A stretch of DNA of 64,000 bases from Defluviicoccus sp. Lineage in GTDB: Bacteria > Pseudomonadota > Alphaproteobacteria > MPNO01. The stretch covers positions 17,491 through 81,490 of the forward strand of contig JAPPGP010000141.1 in NCBI GenBank assembly GCA_028821395.1. Reading direction: 5' to 3'. Shown here one piece after another: positions 43,768 to 52,771 of the stretch; positions within the stretch are counted from its first letter, which is position 1; each line of letters begins with the position of its first letter. The notes under the pieces are model-generated. The model did not search any database. It was given only the letters and a program-made list of their open reading frames with translations, and was not told the origin of the DNA. A program made the position numbers and the translations under genes.

Positions 43768-44106
43768 ATGGATTTGACGACTGAACGAAGCGAAAACGTC
43801 GTGTGCGTGGACGTGAAGGGGCGAATCGACGGATCCACCGCCGTCGCCTTCGAGGAGTCCGTGCGCAACGCACTGGAGGAATCCGACCGCGCCATGATCA
43901 TGGATTTCCGGGAGCTCGCCTATATCAGCAGCGCCGGGCTCCGGGTGATCCTGCTGACGGCGAAGTCGCTGCAGAGCCAGGACGCGAAGCTGGTGCTGTG
44001 CTCGCTCTCCGATCAGATTCGCGAAGTGTTCAAGATCAGCGGCTTCGACAAGCTTCTGCCGATTCACGAGACCAGGGAAGAGGCGCGCGCATCCCTCGGC
44101 GCCTGA
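43768..44106 (+). CDS. STAS-domain anti-sigma-factor-antagonist-like protein (RsbV/SpoIIAA type)
   Basis: 112 aa from the in-frame ATG at 43768. Single STAS domain with a conserved phospho-acceptor context, DFRELAYISSAGLRVILL, and C-terminal FKISGFDKLLPIH. Confidence 0.85.
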   Translation: MDLTTERSENVVCVDVKGRIDGSTAVAFEESVRNALEESDRAMIMDFRELAYISSAGLRVILLTAKSLQSQDAKLVLCSLSDQIREVFKISGFDKLLPIHETREEARASLGA

Positions 44107-44191
44107 CCGGCCCGCGCGCGTCCGACCGGCGGCTGCCCGAGCCGCGCCCCGCCCGACCGGGCGGGCTCTCCGTTGTCGGGAGGCATCGTAG

Positions 44192-44896
44192 ATGGACGGA
44201 CGGAAGGTTGCGATCGTCACCGCCGGCGGCAGGGGGATGGGGGAAGCGATCGCCCGGGCCCTTGCCGAGCGGGACCACGCGCTGGTCCTGATGTCGCCCG
44301 GCGGGTCGGCCGAGGCGCTGGCCGAAGAGCTCGGCGCGATCGGCGTGAACGGCTCCGTCACCCGGGCAGAGGACCTCGAAGCGGCGGTTGCGGCCGCGAT
44401 GGAGGCGCACGGCCGCGTCGACGCGGTGGCCAACAATGCCGGCTTCCCGCCCAAGGGGGAGCTGCTCGACATCCCCGACGAGGACTGGCGTGACGGCCTC
44501 GACATGGTGCTGTTGAACGTCATCCGCATGGCGCGCCTGGTGACGCCGATCATGGTCGCGCAGGGCGGCGGCGCGATCGTCAACATATCCACCTACGCCG
44601 CCGTCGAGCCCAGCCCGGCCTATCCGGTCTCCGCGACGTTCCGGGCCGGGCTCTCCGCCTTTGCCAAGCTGTATGCGGACCGCTACGCCGCCGACGGCAT
44701 CCGCATGAACAACATCCTGCCCGGCTTCATCGACACCCACGGGGTCGATGAAGGGGTGGCCGCGGGAATTCCCGCGCGGCGCTACGGAACCCCGCAGGAG
44801 GTGGGCGAGACCGCGGCCTTCCTGCTGTCGGACGGGGCCGGCTACATCACCGGCCAGAACCTCCGCATCGACGGCGGGCTCACCCGCTCCGTCTAG
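44192..44896 (+). CDS. short-chain dehydrogenase/reductase (SDR)
   Basis: 234 aa. TAGGRGMGEAIA glycine motif, NNAG, and a catalytic-region STYAA..P (YxxxK-like). GGAGG RBS. Confidence 0.9.
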   Translation: MDGRKVAIVTAGGRGMGEAIARALAERDHALVLMSPGGSAEALAEELGAIGVNGSVTRAEDLEAAVAAAMEAHGRVDAVANNAGFPPKGELLDIPDEDWRDGLDMVLLNVIRMARLVTPIMVAQGGGAIVNISTYAAVEPSPAYPVSATFRAGLSAFAKLYADRYAADGIRMNNILPGFIDTHGVDEGVAAGIPARRYGTPQEVGETAAFLLSDGAGYITGQNLRIDGGLTRSV

Positions 44897-44906
44897 CCCG
44901 CATCCC

Positions 44907-46013
44907 TCAGGGGTGCAGCGAGATGCAGATCGCCTCCTCGCCCGGGATCTCCCCGCCGAGCATCCGGATCGCGCGCTCGGCGTCCTCCAGCTTCATCTCG
45001 TGGGTGTGCATCGGCGCCAGTCTTTCCAGCTTGCGGGCGAGCAGGTCGATGCCGGCGCGGTACATGTCGGCGCCCTGGGTGAACACCGCCTTCAGCGTGA
45101 TCTCCTTGTAGACCATGCGGTCGGTATCGAGCGTCGCCACGCTGTTGCCGCCCTTGACCCCGGCGACGACGATGGTCCCGCCCGAGCGCACCACCTCGAC
45201 GGCGTGGCCGATCACCGCGGTGTCCGCCGGGACCACGTCGACCGCGATGTCGACGCCCCGCCCGCCGGTGATCTCCATGACCCGGGCGACGGTGTCTTCC
45301 TCGTCGGCGACGATGGTGTGGGTAGCGCCGAAGGCGCGCGCCAGCTCCAGCTTGAAGGCGTCGCGCGCGAGCCCGGTGACGATGATCTCGGAGACCCCGG
45401 CGGAACTGAGCGCGACCACCGAGGCGAGCCCGCGCTGCCCGCACCCCATCACCAGCACGGTGTCGGAGAAGCTCGCCCCCGGCACCGCGACCGCCCACCG
45501 GATGCCGGCGGCCAGCGCCTGGTACATCGTCGCCATCTCGTCGGGCACAAGGTCGGGCAGCCTGTGCATCAGGGTGCGCTCGTGCAGGTGGATGTACTCG
45601 CCGTAGCCGCCCCACAAACCGTGACCGATCGTGGTCGGCAGATAGCCATAGGCGGGCGAGGCCATCTGGAACATGCCCTTGCACAGGTGATGCGCGCCGG
45701 CGAGGCAGTCGACGCAGCGGCCGCAGGAGATAACCGGCTGCAGCGCCACCCGGTCGCCCACGCTGACGCCCCATCTGGCCGCGGCCTCGGCGCCGAGCTC
45801 CTCGATCACCCCCACCGGCTCGTGGCCCGGGATGACCGGGTAGACGGCGAGCCCCTTTTCCGCGAAGTGGCCGCGATACTGCTCGACGTCGCTGCCGCAC
45901 AGCCCGCAGGCCGTGACGCGCAGCAAGCCTTCCGACGCGCCGACGACGGGGACCTCGAACTCCTGCATTTCCAGCCGCCGGGCGGCGACCTGCACCATCG
46001 CGCGCGCCTTCAT
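44907..46013 (-). CDS. zinc-dependent alcohol dehydrogenase family protein
   Basis: 368 aa from an in-frame ATG (MKARAMVQVAARRLEMQEF...). Catalytic CGLCGSDVEQ...GHEPVG and structural zinc C..C..C (CGRCVDCLAGAHHLC). The coordinate is derived from the frame of the track ORF. Confidence 0.85.
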   Translation of the reverse strand: MKARAMVQVAARRLEMQEFEVPVVGASEGLLRVTACGLCGSDVEQYRGHFAEKGLAVYPVIPGHEPVGVIEELGAEAAARWGVSVGDRVALQPVISCGRCVDCLAGAHHLCKGMFQMASPAYGYLPTTIGHGLWGGYGEYIHLHERTLMHRLPDLVPDEMATMYQALAAGIRWAVAVPGASFSDTVLVMGCGQRGLASVVALSSAGVSEIIVTGLARDAFKLELARAFGATHTIVADEEDTVARVMEITGGRGVDIAVDVVPADTAVIGHAVEVVRSGGTIVVAGVKGGNSVATLDTDRMVYKEITLKAVFTQGADMYRAGIDLLARKLERLAPMHTHEMKLEDAERAIRMLGGEIPGEEAICISLHP

Positions 46014-46093
46014 CGAACCCGTCTCCCCGCTGCACGGTGAAGATTGCCAAGCAAGGATTGTCGCAGCGCCCGCCGGCGGGTCAACCGGGCGGG

Positions 46094-46981
46094 CTACGTC
46101 TCCTTCGCCGAGATGATCGCCGTGGTCATCGAGCGCGGGTCGCGCATCTCCCAGCGCCCGGCCTCGACCCGCGCCATGAAGTCGCCGCAGACCTGGTTGT
46201 AGAGCGCGGGCTCCTCCAGATTGCACAGATGCCCGGTGCGCGGCAGCAGCACCAGCGCCGAGGACCGGATGGCGCGCTTCATCAGCAGCCCGGCGTCGAG
46301 GCACGGGTCGTCCTCGTCGCCATTGACCACCAGGGTGGGGACGGTCAGCGCGCGCATCCGGTCCTCCAAGTCGAACAGCGACGGCCGGCGGCGCTGCACG
46401 CCGCGCATGGTGTTGGCCGAGCCCAGGCTCGAATGCTCGCAGAGCCGGTCGGCGAATTCCTGCCAGCCGCGCGGGTCCTTGTTCTGGTACTGCACCCGGG
46501 TCGGCCCCAGCGCGTAGACCCTGCCGAACACCGCCATGGTCTCGTCCTCCATGCGCTGGGCGGCTTCCGTTGTCTCCCGCTGGAACTGCTCGCGCGCATC
46601 CGCCCTGGCGCCGTAGCCGCAGCCGGCCACCACCAGGGACAGCGCCCGATCGGGGTATTGGAAACCGAAGTGAAGCGTCGCGAAGCCGCCCATCGACAGC
46701 CCGTTGACATGCGCCCGCTCGATCCCGAGCCCGTCCAGCACCGCGAGAATGTCGTCGCGCGCGCGGTCCTGGCTGTACATCTCCGGGTCCTCGGGAACGT
46801 CGGACGGCGGGTATCCGCGCGCGTTGAAGGCGATGCAGCGATGGCTGCGCGAGAAATGGCGCAGCTGCGGCTCCCAGGCCCGGCAGTCGCCGGCGAACTC
46901 GTGCACGAAGACGATCGGCCGGCCGCTGCCCGCCTCCTCGTAGTAGAGCCTGACCCCGTCATCGGTCGTGACATGCGGCAT
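46094..46981 (-). CDS. alpha/beta hydrolase
   Basis: 295 aa. VFVHEFAGD, nucleophile elbow GLSMGGF, C-terminal GHLCNLEEP. Confidence 0.85.
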   Translation of the reverse strand: MPHVTTDDGVRLYYEEAGSGRPIVFVHEFAGDCRAWEPQLRHFSRSHRCIAFNARGYPPSDVPEDPEMYSQDRARDDILAVLDGLGIERAHVNGLSMGGFATLHFGFQYPDRALSLVVAGCGYGARADAREQFQRETTEAAQRMEDETMAVFGRVYALGPTRVQYQNKDPRGWQEFADRLCEHSSLGSANTMRGVQRRRPSLFDLEDRMRALTVPTLVVNGDEDDPCLDAGLLMKRAIRSSALVLLPRTGHLCNLEEPALYNQVCGDFMARVEAGRWEMRDPRSMTTAIISAKET

Positions 46982-47145
46982 GGCGGCCTCCCCCTTCTGT
47001 CCGATCCCGGCGCCTGCTTACCCGCGGCGCGGCGAGGCGGCAAGCCGGCCGGCCGGGGAGCGCCACGGTTGACTCGGCGCCGCCATGCCGGGACCGTATC
47101 GGCCGAACGGTCGAGAGGGGGTGCCGGGATGGAGAGCCGCTCGTC

Positions 47146-48336
47146 ATGAGTGCCGGTCTGCGAAACGCACGAGGCGTCACCCACTACGAGCCTGGACGCA
47201 CCCATGACGGCTATACGCTGTTCGCGCCGATGTACGGTCGCAACGTCTGGCTGATCGACATGTGGGGCACCATCGTGCACCGCTGGCCGACCGAGACCCT
47301 GCCCGGCAATTACGGCGAGCTGCTGGCCAACGGGAATCTGCTGTTCGCCGGCCGCAGGACGCCGGCGATCCCCGACTTCGCGGGCAATGGCGGCGAGCTG
47401 GTGGAGTACGACTGGCAGGGCGAGATCGTCTGGGAGTATCGCGACCCCTATCTCAGCCACTGCTTCGCGCCGCTCGCCAACGGCAATTTGCTGGTCAACA
47501 AGTGGCGGCGCGTGCCCGCCGCGATCGCCCGCCGGGTCAAGGGCGGCCAGAAGGGCACCGAGCGCGACGGCGAGATGTACGGCGAGGCGGTGCAGGAGAT
47601 CGACCGCGCCGGCAACGCGGTCTGGGAATGGCTGACCTTCGAGCACCTCGATCCCGAGATCGACGTTATCGGCCCGATGCATCCGCGCGACCGCTGGACC
47701 AATCTCAACGCGCTGCACGAGATGCCCGACGGACGCGTCCTGATGAGCTTCCGCTTCACCGACACGATCGCCATCGTCGACCCCGCGAGCGGCGACATCG
47801 ACTGGCGCTGGGGCCCCGGCCGGCTGGCCGGTCCGCACGACCCGACATGGCTCGAGGGCGGCACCGTCCTGGTGTTCGACAACGGCGCGCACCGGACCCA
47901 CACGACGATCGACTACTCGCGCGTGGTCGAAATCGACCCGGCGACCGGCGAGATCGTGTGGGAGTACAAGGAGAACCCGGTCTACGACTTCTCCAGCTTC
48001 ATCTGCTCGGGCGCCCAGCGGCTCGCCAACGGCAACACGCTGATCTGCGAATGCACCAAGGGCCGGCTGTTCGAGGTGACCCGCGAGGGCGACCTGGTGT
48101 GGGAGTTCGTCAGCCCGTTCTATTACGAGCACCCGATCTTCGGGACCAACAACATGGTGTTCCGCTGCATGCGCTACGACGCCGACGACCCGCGCTTCGC
48201 CGGCGCGCCGCTGGATGCCGCGGACAATGTCGACTTCAACGCCATGATGCCGCGCCCGTTCGTACGCAGCCCCAACAGCGCCACGCCGCTGGGCACGAGC
48301 TACGCGACGGGGACGGTCCTGCGCGGCGGGCACTGA
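47146..48336 (+). CDS. arylsulfotransferase (ASST)-family beta-propeller protein, apparently without a signal peptide
   Basis: 396 aa. Repeated ...ANGNLL..., WEY/WEW/WEF blades and NGNTLICE are typical of ASST-like propellers. The N-terminus MSAGLRNARGVTHYEPGR is hydrophilic. Confidence 0.65.
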   Translation: MSAGLRNARGVTHYEPGRTHDGYTLFAPMYGRNVWLIDMWGTIVHRWPTETLPGNYGELLANGNLLFAGRRTPAIPDFAGNGGELVEYDWQGEIVWEYRDPYLSHCFAPLANGNLLVNKWRRVPAAIARRVKGGQKGTERDGEMYGEAVQEIDRAGNAVWEWLTFEHLDPEIDVIGPMHPRDRWTNLNALHEMPDGRVLMSFRFTDTIAIVDPASGDIDWRWGPGRLAGPHDPTWLEGGTVLVFDNGAHRTHTTIDYSRVVEIDPATGEIVWEYKENPVYDFSSFICSGAQRLANGNTLICECTKGRLFEVTREGDLVWEFVSPFYYEHPIFGTNNMVFRCMRYDADDPRFAGAPLDAADNVDFNAMMPRPFVRSPNSATPLGTSYATGTVLRGGH

Positions 48337-48385
48337 AACAGGCGCGGGCGGGCCGGGTGGCGGGCGTCGATTGGAGACCGCGCGG

Positions 48386-49600
48386 ATGACACCGAGCGAT
48401 ACCTCGCCCCGCCGGGGTGACGGCGATGCGCTGATCGCCGCCGCGCGGGCGCTGGCGCCGACGATCAGGGACGACGCCGAGAGCGCGGAGAAGGCGTGCA
48501 GGGTCTCCCCGCCGGTCTATGCGGCGATCAGAGACGCCGGATTTCTCCGCATCCTCCTGCCCCGCCGTTTCGGCGGCTACGAGCTCGACCTCGAGACCGC
48601 GATCCGCGTGATCCTCGAGCTGTCCGCGGCCTGCGGGTCGACCGGCTGGGTGGCGAGCTGCGGCATCTCGCACCAGTGGATGGTGGCGCAGTTCCCGCTC
48701 GCCTGTCAGGAGGAGATCTGGGCCGACGGCCCCGACAAGCTGGTCGTGACGTCCTTTCCCGCGACCGGCGCCTGCGAGCGGGTCGATGGCGGCTTTCGGA
48801 TCGACGGGAGGTGGCGCTATGCCAGCGGCTGCGACTATGCCGATGTCGCGCTGCTCGGCGTCGCGCTGCCACCGGCGCGGGAAGGCGACGCCGCGGTCCC
48901 GGGGTTCGTCGTGGTGCCGATGTCCGATTGCGCGATGGAAGAAGACTGGGACACGATGGGGCTTGCCGCGACCGGCAGCCATGCGGTCGTCGCCGAGAAC
49001 GTCTTCGTACCGGAATATCGGAGCCTGCCGGCGGACGTCTTCGTCTCGGCCGACACGCCGGGCGAGGTCGCCTTCGAGACCAATCTCGGCCGCTATCCGG
49101 TCTTTTCGCTCGGCGCGCACGGCCTGTCCGCGACCGCGGTCGGATGCCTCCAGGGCGCGCTCGACCACTTCGTCGCGCTGCTGGCCGACTGGCGGGTCCG
49201 CGGCAGCGGGGTCGGCGCGGGCGCCAGGGTCGCGGAGTTTCCCGCAATCCAGATGCGGGTCGGGCAGGCTGCGATCGCACTCAAGGCGGCGAAGGCGCTG
49301 ATGTTCTCGCAGATCGAGGACACGCGGCGCGCCGTCATCGACCGGGGCGCGCTGCTGGACCGCGGCGAGCGTCTGGAGAACCGGGTCGTTCAGGCCTATG
49401 TCGTCCAGCTCGCCTTGCAGGGGCTCGACGCCCTGTGGGGCGCGACGGGCGCCACCGGCATTCATCGCGTCGAGCCGGTCCAGCGCGCCTGGCGCGACGC
49501 GCACGCCGTGTCCCACCACGCGTTCTTCAACTGGGACGTCCACGCGGCGATGTACGGCCAGGCCCGGCTCGGCATCGAGCCTCGCGGCGCGCCCTATTGA
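48386..49600 (+). CDS. acyl-CoA-dehydrogenase-fold flavin-dependent monooxygenase (third paralog)
   Basis: Preferred ATG is at 48386, with GGAG 9-10 nt upstream (the track ORF opens at TTG 48371). ...AAIRDAGFLRILLPRRFGGYELDL...GGFRIDGRWRYASGCDYAD is parallel to the 8898 and 16280 proteins. Confidence 0.75.
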   Translation: MTPSDTSPRRGDGDALIAAARALAPTIRDDAESAEKACRVSPPVYAAIRDAGFLRILLPRRFGGYELDLETAIRVILELSAACGSTGWVASCGISHQWMVAQFPLACQEEIWADGPDKLVVTSFPATGACERVDGGFRIDGRWRYASGCDYADVALLGVALPPAREGDAAVPGFVVVPMSDCAMEEDWDTMGLAATGSHAVVAENVFVPEYRSLPADVFVSADTPGEVAFETNLGRYPVFSLGAHGLSATAVGCLQGALDHFVALLADWRVRGSGVGAGARVAEFPAIQMRVGQAAIALKAAKALMFSQIEDTRRAVIDRGALLDRGERLENRVVQAYVVQLALQGLDALWGATGATGIHRVEPVQRAWRDAHAVSHHAFFNWDVHAAMYGQARLGIEPRGAPY

Positions 49601-49646
49601 CCGCGCCGGCCGCGAGCATGCAGCGCACAACAGTGGGGAGAAGACG

Positions 49647-50732
49647 ATGACCGAAATCAGGGCGGCGGTATTCCGCGATACCAGTCTGAAGCCTTCCATC
49701 GAGACCCTGGAGATGTCCGGACCGGGCGCCGGCGAGGTGCTGGTCAAGCTGACCGCGACCGGCGTCTGTCACACCGATCTGAAGACCGCCGGAACCGACC
49801 GCTCGCCCCGCCCCGTGGTGCTCGGGCACGAGGGCGCGGGCGTCGTCGAGGCGGTCGGCAGCGGCGTTGCCGATCTGGAGCCCGGCGATCACGTCGTGAT
49901 GACCTTCACCTGGTGCGGGCACTGCCCGAGCTGCCAGACCGCCCGGCCGGCCTATTGCTACAACACCAACCACTTCGCCTGCACCCGTCCCGACGGGAGC
50001 TACTACCTGCGCGGAGAAGACGGGCCGGTACATGGCGACTTCTTCAACCAGTCGTCCTTCGCCACCCATGCCCTGGGACGCCGGACCGGCGTGGTCAAGG
50101 TGCGCAAGGATGCGCCCCTGAACATCCTGGGACCGCTCGGCTGCGGGATTCAGACCGGGGCGGGCGCGGTGCTCAACGTGTTCCGCATGAAGCCCGGGCA
50201 GACGCTCGCCGTCTTCGGCGCGGGCTCCCTCGGTCTCTCCGCGGTGATGGCGGCGAGGATCGCAGGCGCATCGGAGGTGGTCGCCGTCGACCTCCATCCC
50301 AACCGTCTGCAGCTCGCGGCCGAGCTCGGCGCCGACCACGCGATCCGCGCCGATGGCGGCCCGGTGCACGACCGGATCCGCGACCTGATCCCCGACGGGG
50401 TCGATTTCGCGCTGGATACCACCACCATCGGCCCGGTGATGCTGGACGCGATCGCGAGCCTCGCGCCGCATGGCAGCTTCGGCTTCGTGGCCCCGACCGA
50501 GACCGGGGAGCTCACCGTCCCGCTGCGGCCGTTGATGATGAACCGCAGGGTTCTCGGCATCATGGAGGGGAACAGCAACCCCGACGTCTTCATCCCCCAG
50601 CTTGTGGATTTCCACATGCGGGGCACCTTCCCCTTCGACCGGCTGGTCCGGTTCTACCCGTTCGACGACATCGAGCAGGCCTTCCACGACAGCGAGGCGG
50701 GCTCGACGGTCAAGCCGATCCTCGAAATGTGA
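49647..50732 (+). CDS. zinc-dependent (aryl-)alcohol dehydrogenase
   Basis: 361 aa from the in-frame ATG at 49647. GVCHTDL, GHEGAGVVEAVG, structural zinc CGHCPSCQTARPAYC, Rossmann VFGAGSLGLS. XylB-like. Confidence 0.85.
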   Translation: MTEIRAAVFRDTSLKPSIETLEMSGPGAGEVLVKLTATGVCHTDLKTAGTDRSPRPVVLGHEGAGVVEAVGSGVADLEPGDHVVMTFTWCGHCPSCQTARPAYCYNTNHFACTRPDGSYYLRGEDGPVHGDFFNQSSFATHALGRRTGVVKVRKDAPLNILGPLGCGIQTGAGAVLNVFRMKPGQTLAVFGAGSLGLSAVMAARIAGASEVVAVDLHPNRLQLAAELGADHAIRADGGPVHDRIRDLIPDGVDFALDTTTIGPVMLDAIASLAPHGSFGFVAPTETGELTVPLRPLMMNRRVLGIMEGNSNPDVFIPQLVDFHMRGTFPFDRLVRFYPFDDIEQAFHDSEAGSTVKPILEM

Positions 50733-50783
50733 CCGCCGGGTGTATACAAGTGAGGGGAGACACCGCCACGGAGGAACAGGCCG

Positions 50784-52298
50784 ATGACACTTCAGGGTCC
50801 CAGCGCATCGGAGCTACAGGACCTCGCCCGATCTCTGGGCTTCGGGCTGACCGACGCGGAAGCCGGGGAATACAGCGCGCTGCTCGCTCCGCTGGTGGGC
50901 ATGGCCGACGCCCAGCAGAAAATGCCCGACTGCCTGCCAGAGGTGAAGTACCCGCGGACTTCCGGCTACCGGCCCGAGGGCGATGAGAACAAGTACAACG
51001 CCTGGTACTACAAGAGCCGCATCGAGGGCGCGCCGGAGGGCAAGCTGAAGGGCAAGACGGTCGCGCTCAAGGACAACGTGATGCTGGCCGGCGTGCCGAT
51101 GATGAACGGCACCTCGATCCTGGAGGGCTACGTCCCCGAGGTGGACGCCACGATCGCGACGCGTCTCCTCGATGCCGGCGCGACGATCCTCGGCAAGGCC
51201 CATTGCGAGAACTACTGCCTCTCGGGCAGCAGCCATACCAACGCGACCGGCCCCTGCCACAACCCGCACCGGATGGGCTACAGCGCCGGCGGCTCGTCAT
51301 CCGGCAGCGCCGCGCTGGTGGCCGCCGGCGAGGTCGACATGGCGATCGGCGGCGACCAGGGCGGGTCGATCCGCATGCCGGCCGCGTTCTGCGGCGTCTA
51401 CGGGCTGAAGCCCACCTACGGCCTGGTGCCCTATACCGGGGTGCTCGGCATCGAGGCCGCGATCGACCATGTCGGGCCGATGACGGCGAGTGTGGCGGAC
51501 AACGCCCTGATGCTGGAGGCCATCGCCGGTCCTGACGGCATCGACGGGCGGCAGCGCGACGTGGTCACCCATCCGTATTCGGAGATGCTGGAGGGCGGGG
51601 TTGCGGGGCTCAGGATCGCGGTGATCGAGGACGGGTTCGACCACCCCGGCTCCCAGGCCGAGTCGGACGCCGTGGTGCGCGCCGCCTGCGCCAGGTTCGG
51701 CGAGCTCGGCGCCGAGGTCGAGACCATCGCCTTCCCGCTGCATCGCGAGGCGGCGGTGATGTACATGCCCGCGCTCGCCGAGGGGCTCGCCCGCGAGATG
51801 ATGCTGCAGGGCGGCGTGTTCTACGGCCTGCCCGGGCTCTATGTCCGCGGCGCGCTCGAACGCTGCAACGGCTGGACCGAGCGCGCGCACGAGCTGCCCC
51901 CGACCGTCCGCGTCTTCACCCTGCTCGGGGCCTGGTACATGGAGACCCTGGGCGGGCGGGTATACGCCAAGGGGATGAATTTGCAACGCAAGGCGAAGGC
52001 CGGGTTCGCGCGGCTGATGGAGGACTTCGACGTCCTGCTGATGCCGACCGTGCCGCTGGTGGCGCAGCCGTTTCCGCCGGCCGACGCCTCGATCGCCGAG
52101 TACTGCGGCCACGCCTGGAACATGCTCGCCAACTGCCCGACCTACAACTACACCGGCCAGCCTTCGATGTCGGTGCCCTGCGGCACGGTCGACGGGCTCC
52201 CGGTCGGGCTGATGATCACCGGGCGCTGGTGGGACGAGCCGACCGTCTACCGGGCCGCGGCGGCGTTCGAGGCGAATTTCGACTGGCGTTCGCTCTGA
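50784..52298 (+). CDS. amidase (amidase-signature family)
   Basis: 504 aa. AS signature GGSSSGSAALVAAGEVDMAIGGDQGGSIRMPAAFCGVYGLKPTYG. GGAGG RBS. Confidence 0.9.
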   Translation: MTLQGPSASELQDLARSLGFGLTDAEAGEYSALLAPLVGMADAQQKMPDCLPEVKYPRTSGYRPEGDENKYNAWYYKSRIEGAPEGKLKGKTVALKDNVMLAGVPMMNGTSILEGYVPEVDATIATRLLDAGATILGKAHCENYCLSGSSHTNATGPCHNPHRMGYSAGGSSSGSAALVAAGEVDMAIGGDQGGSIRMPAAFCGVYGLKPTYGLVPYTGVLGIEAAIDHVGPMTASVADNALMLEAIAGPDGIDGRQRDVVTHPYSEMLEGGVAGLRIAVIEDGFDHPGSQAESDAVVRAACARFGELGAEVETIAFPLHREAAVMYMPALAEGLAREMMLQGGVFYGLPGLYVRGALERCNGWTERAHELPPTVRVFTLLGAWYMETLGGRVYAKGMNLQRKAKAGFARLMEDFDVLLMPTVPLVAQPFPPADASIAEYCGHAWNMLANCPTYNYTGQPSMSVPCGTVDGLPVGLMITGRWWDEPTVYRAAAAFEANFDWRSL

Positions 52299-52371
52299 CG
52301 GGGCAGGTTTGACAGCTTGCGGGCCGGTACCCAGTATCGGCCGGCCAACCGACCATAGCGCCGAGGAGATC

Positions 52372-52752
52372 ATGGGGTTCGAAGTCGTCGAGACGCCCGG
52401 CCTGCCGACGCCGGGACAGTTTTCACACGTTGTCAGGAAGGGACAGTTCGTCTTCATCTCGGGACAGACGGCGACCGTCGCCGCGGGGGAGGGGAACCTC
52501 GACCCCGAGGACCAGGCGCGGGAGATCTTCGGCTATCTGAGGACGGCGATCGAGTCGGCGGGCGGCACGATGGCCGACATCTGCAAGATCAACCTGTTCC
52601 TCACCGACGGCTCGCAGATCCCGGCGATCCTGGAGCTCCGGCCGCAGTTCTTCCAAGAGCCCTATCCCGCGGCCACCCTGGTCATGGTCAACGGCCTGTT
52701 CCGGCGCGAGCTCGTGATGGAGATCGAGGCGACGGCCATCCTGGACGGCTGA
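52372..52752 (+). CDS. RidA/YjgF family reactive-intermediate (enamine/imine) deaminase
   Basis: 126 aa from the ATG at 52372, preceded by GAGGAG. FSHVVRKGQFVFISGQ ... EIEATAI is typical of RidA. Confidence 0.85.
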   Translation: MGFEVVETPGLPTPGQFSHVVRKGQFVFISGQTATVAAGEGNLDPEDQAREIFGYLRTAIESAGGTMADICKINLFLTDGSQIPAILELRPQFFQEPYPAATLVMVNGLFRRELVMEIEATAILDG

Positions 52753-52771
52753 ACCGCCCGGAGGGCCCGCC

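Noticed and set aside
44148-44165. GC-rich hairpin (CCCGCCC-GACC-GGGCGGG) after the STAS gene, considered as a terminator.
   Set aside because: It has no T-rich tail (it is followed by CTCTCCGTTGTC) and only a 7-bp stem. It could be a weak or Rho-assisted stop, but I cannot call it an intrinsic terminator.
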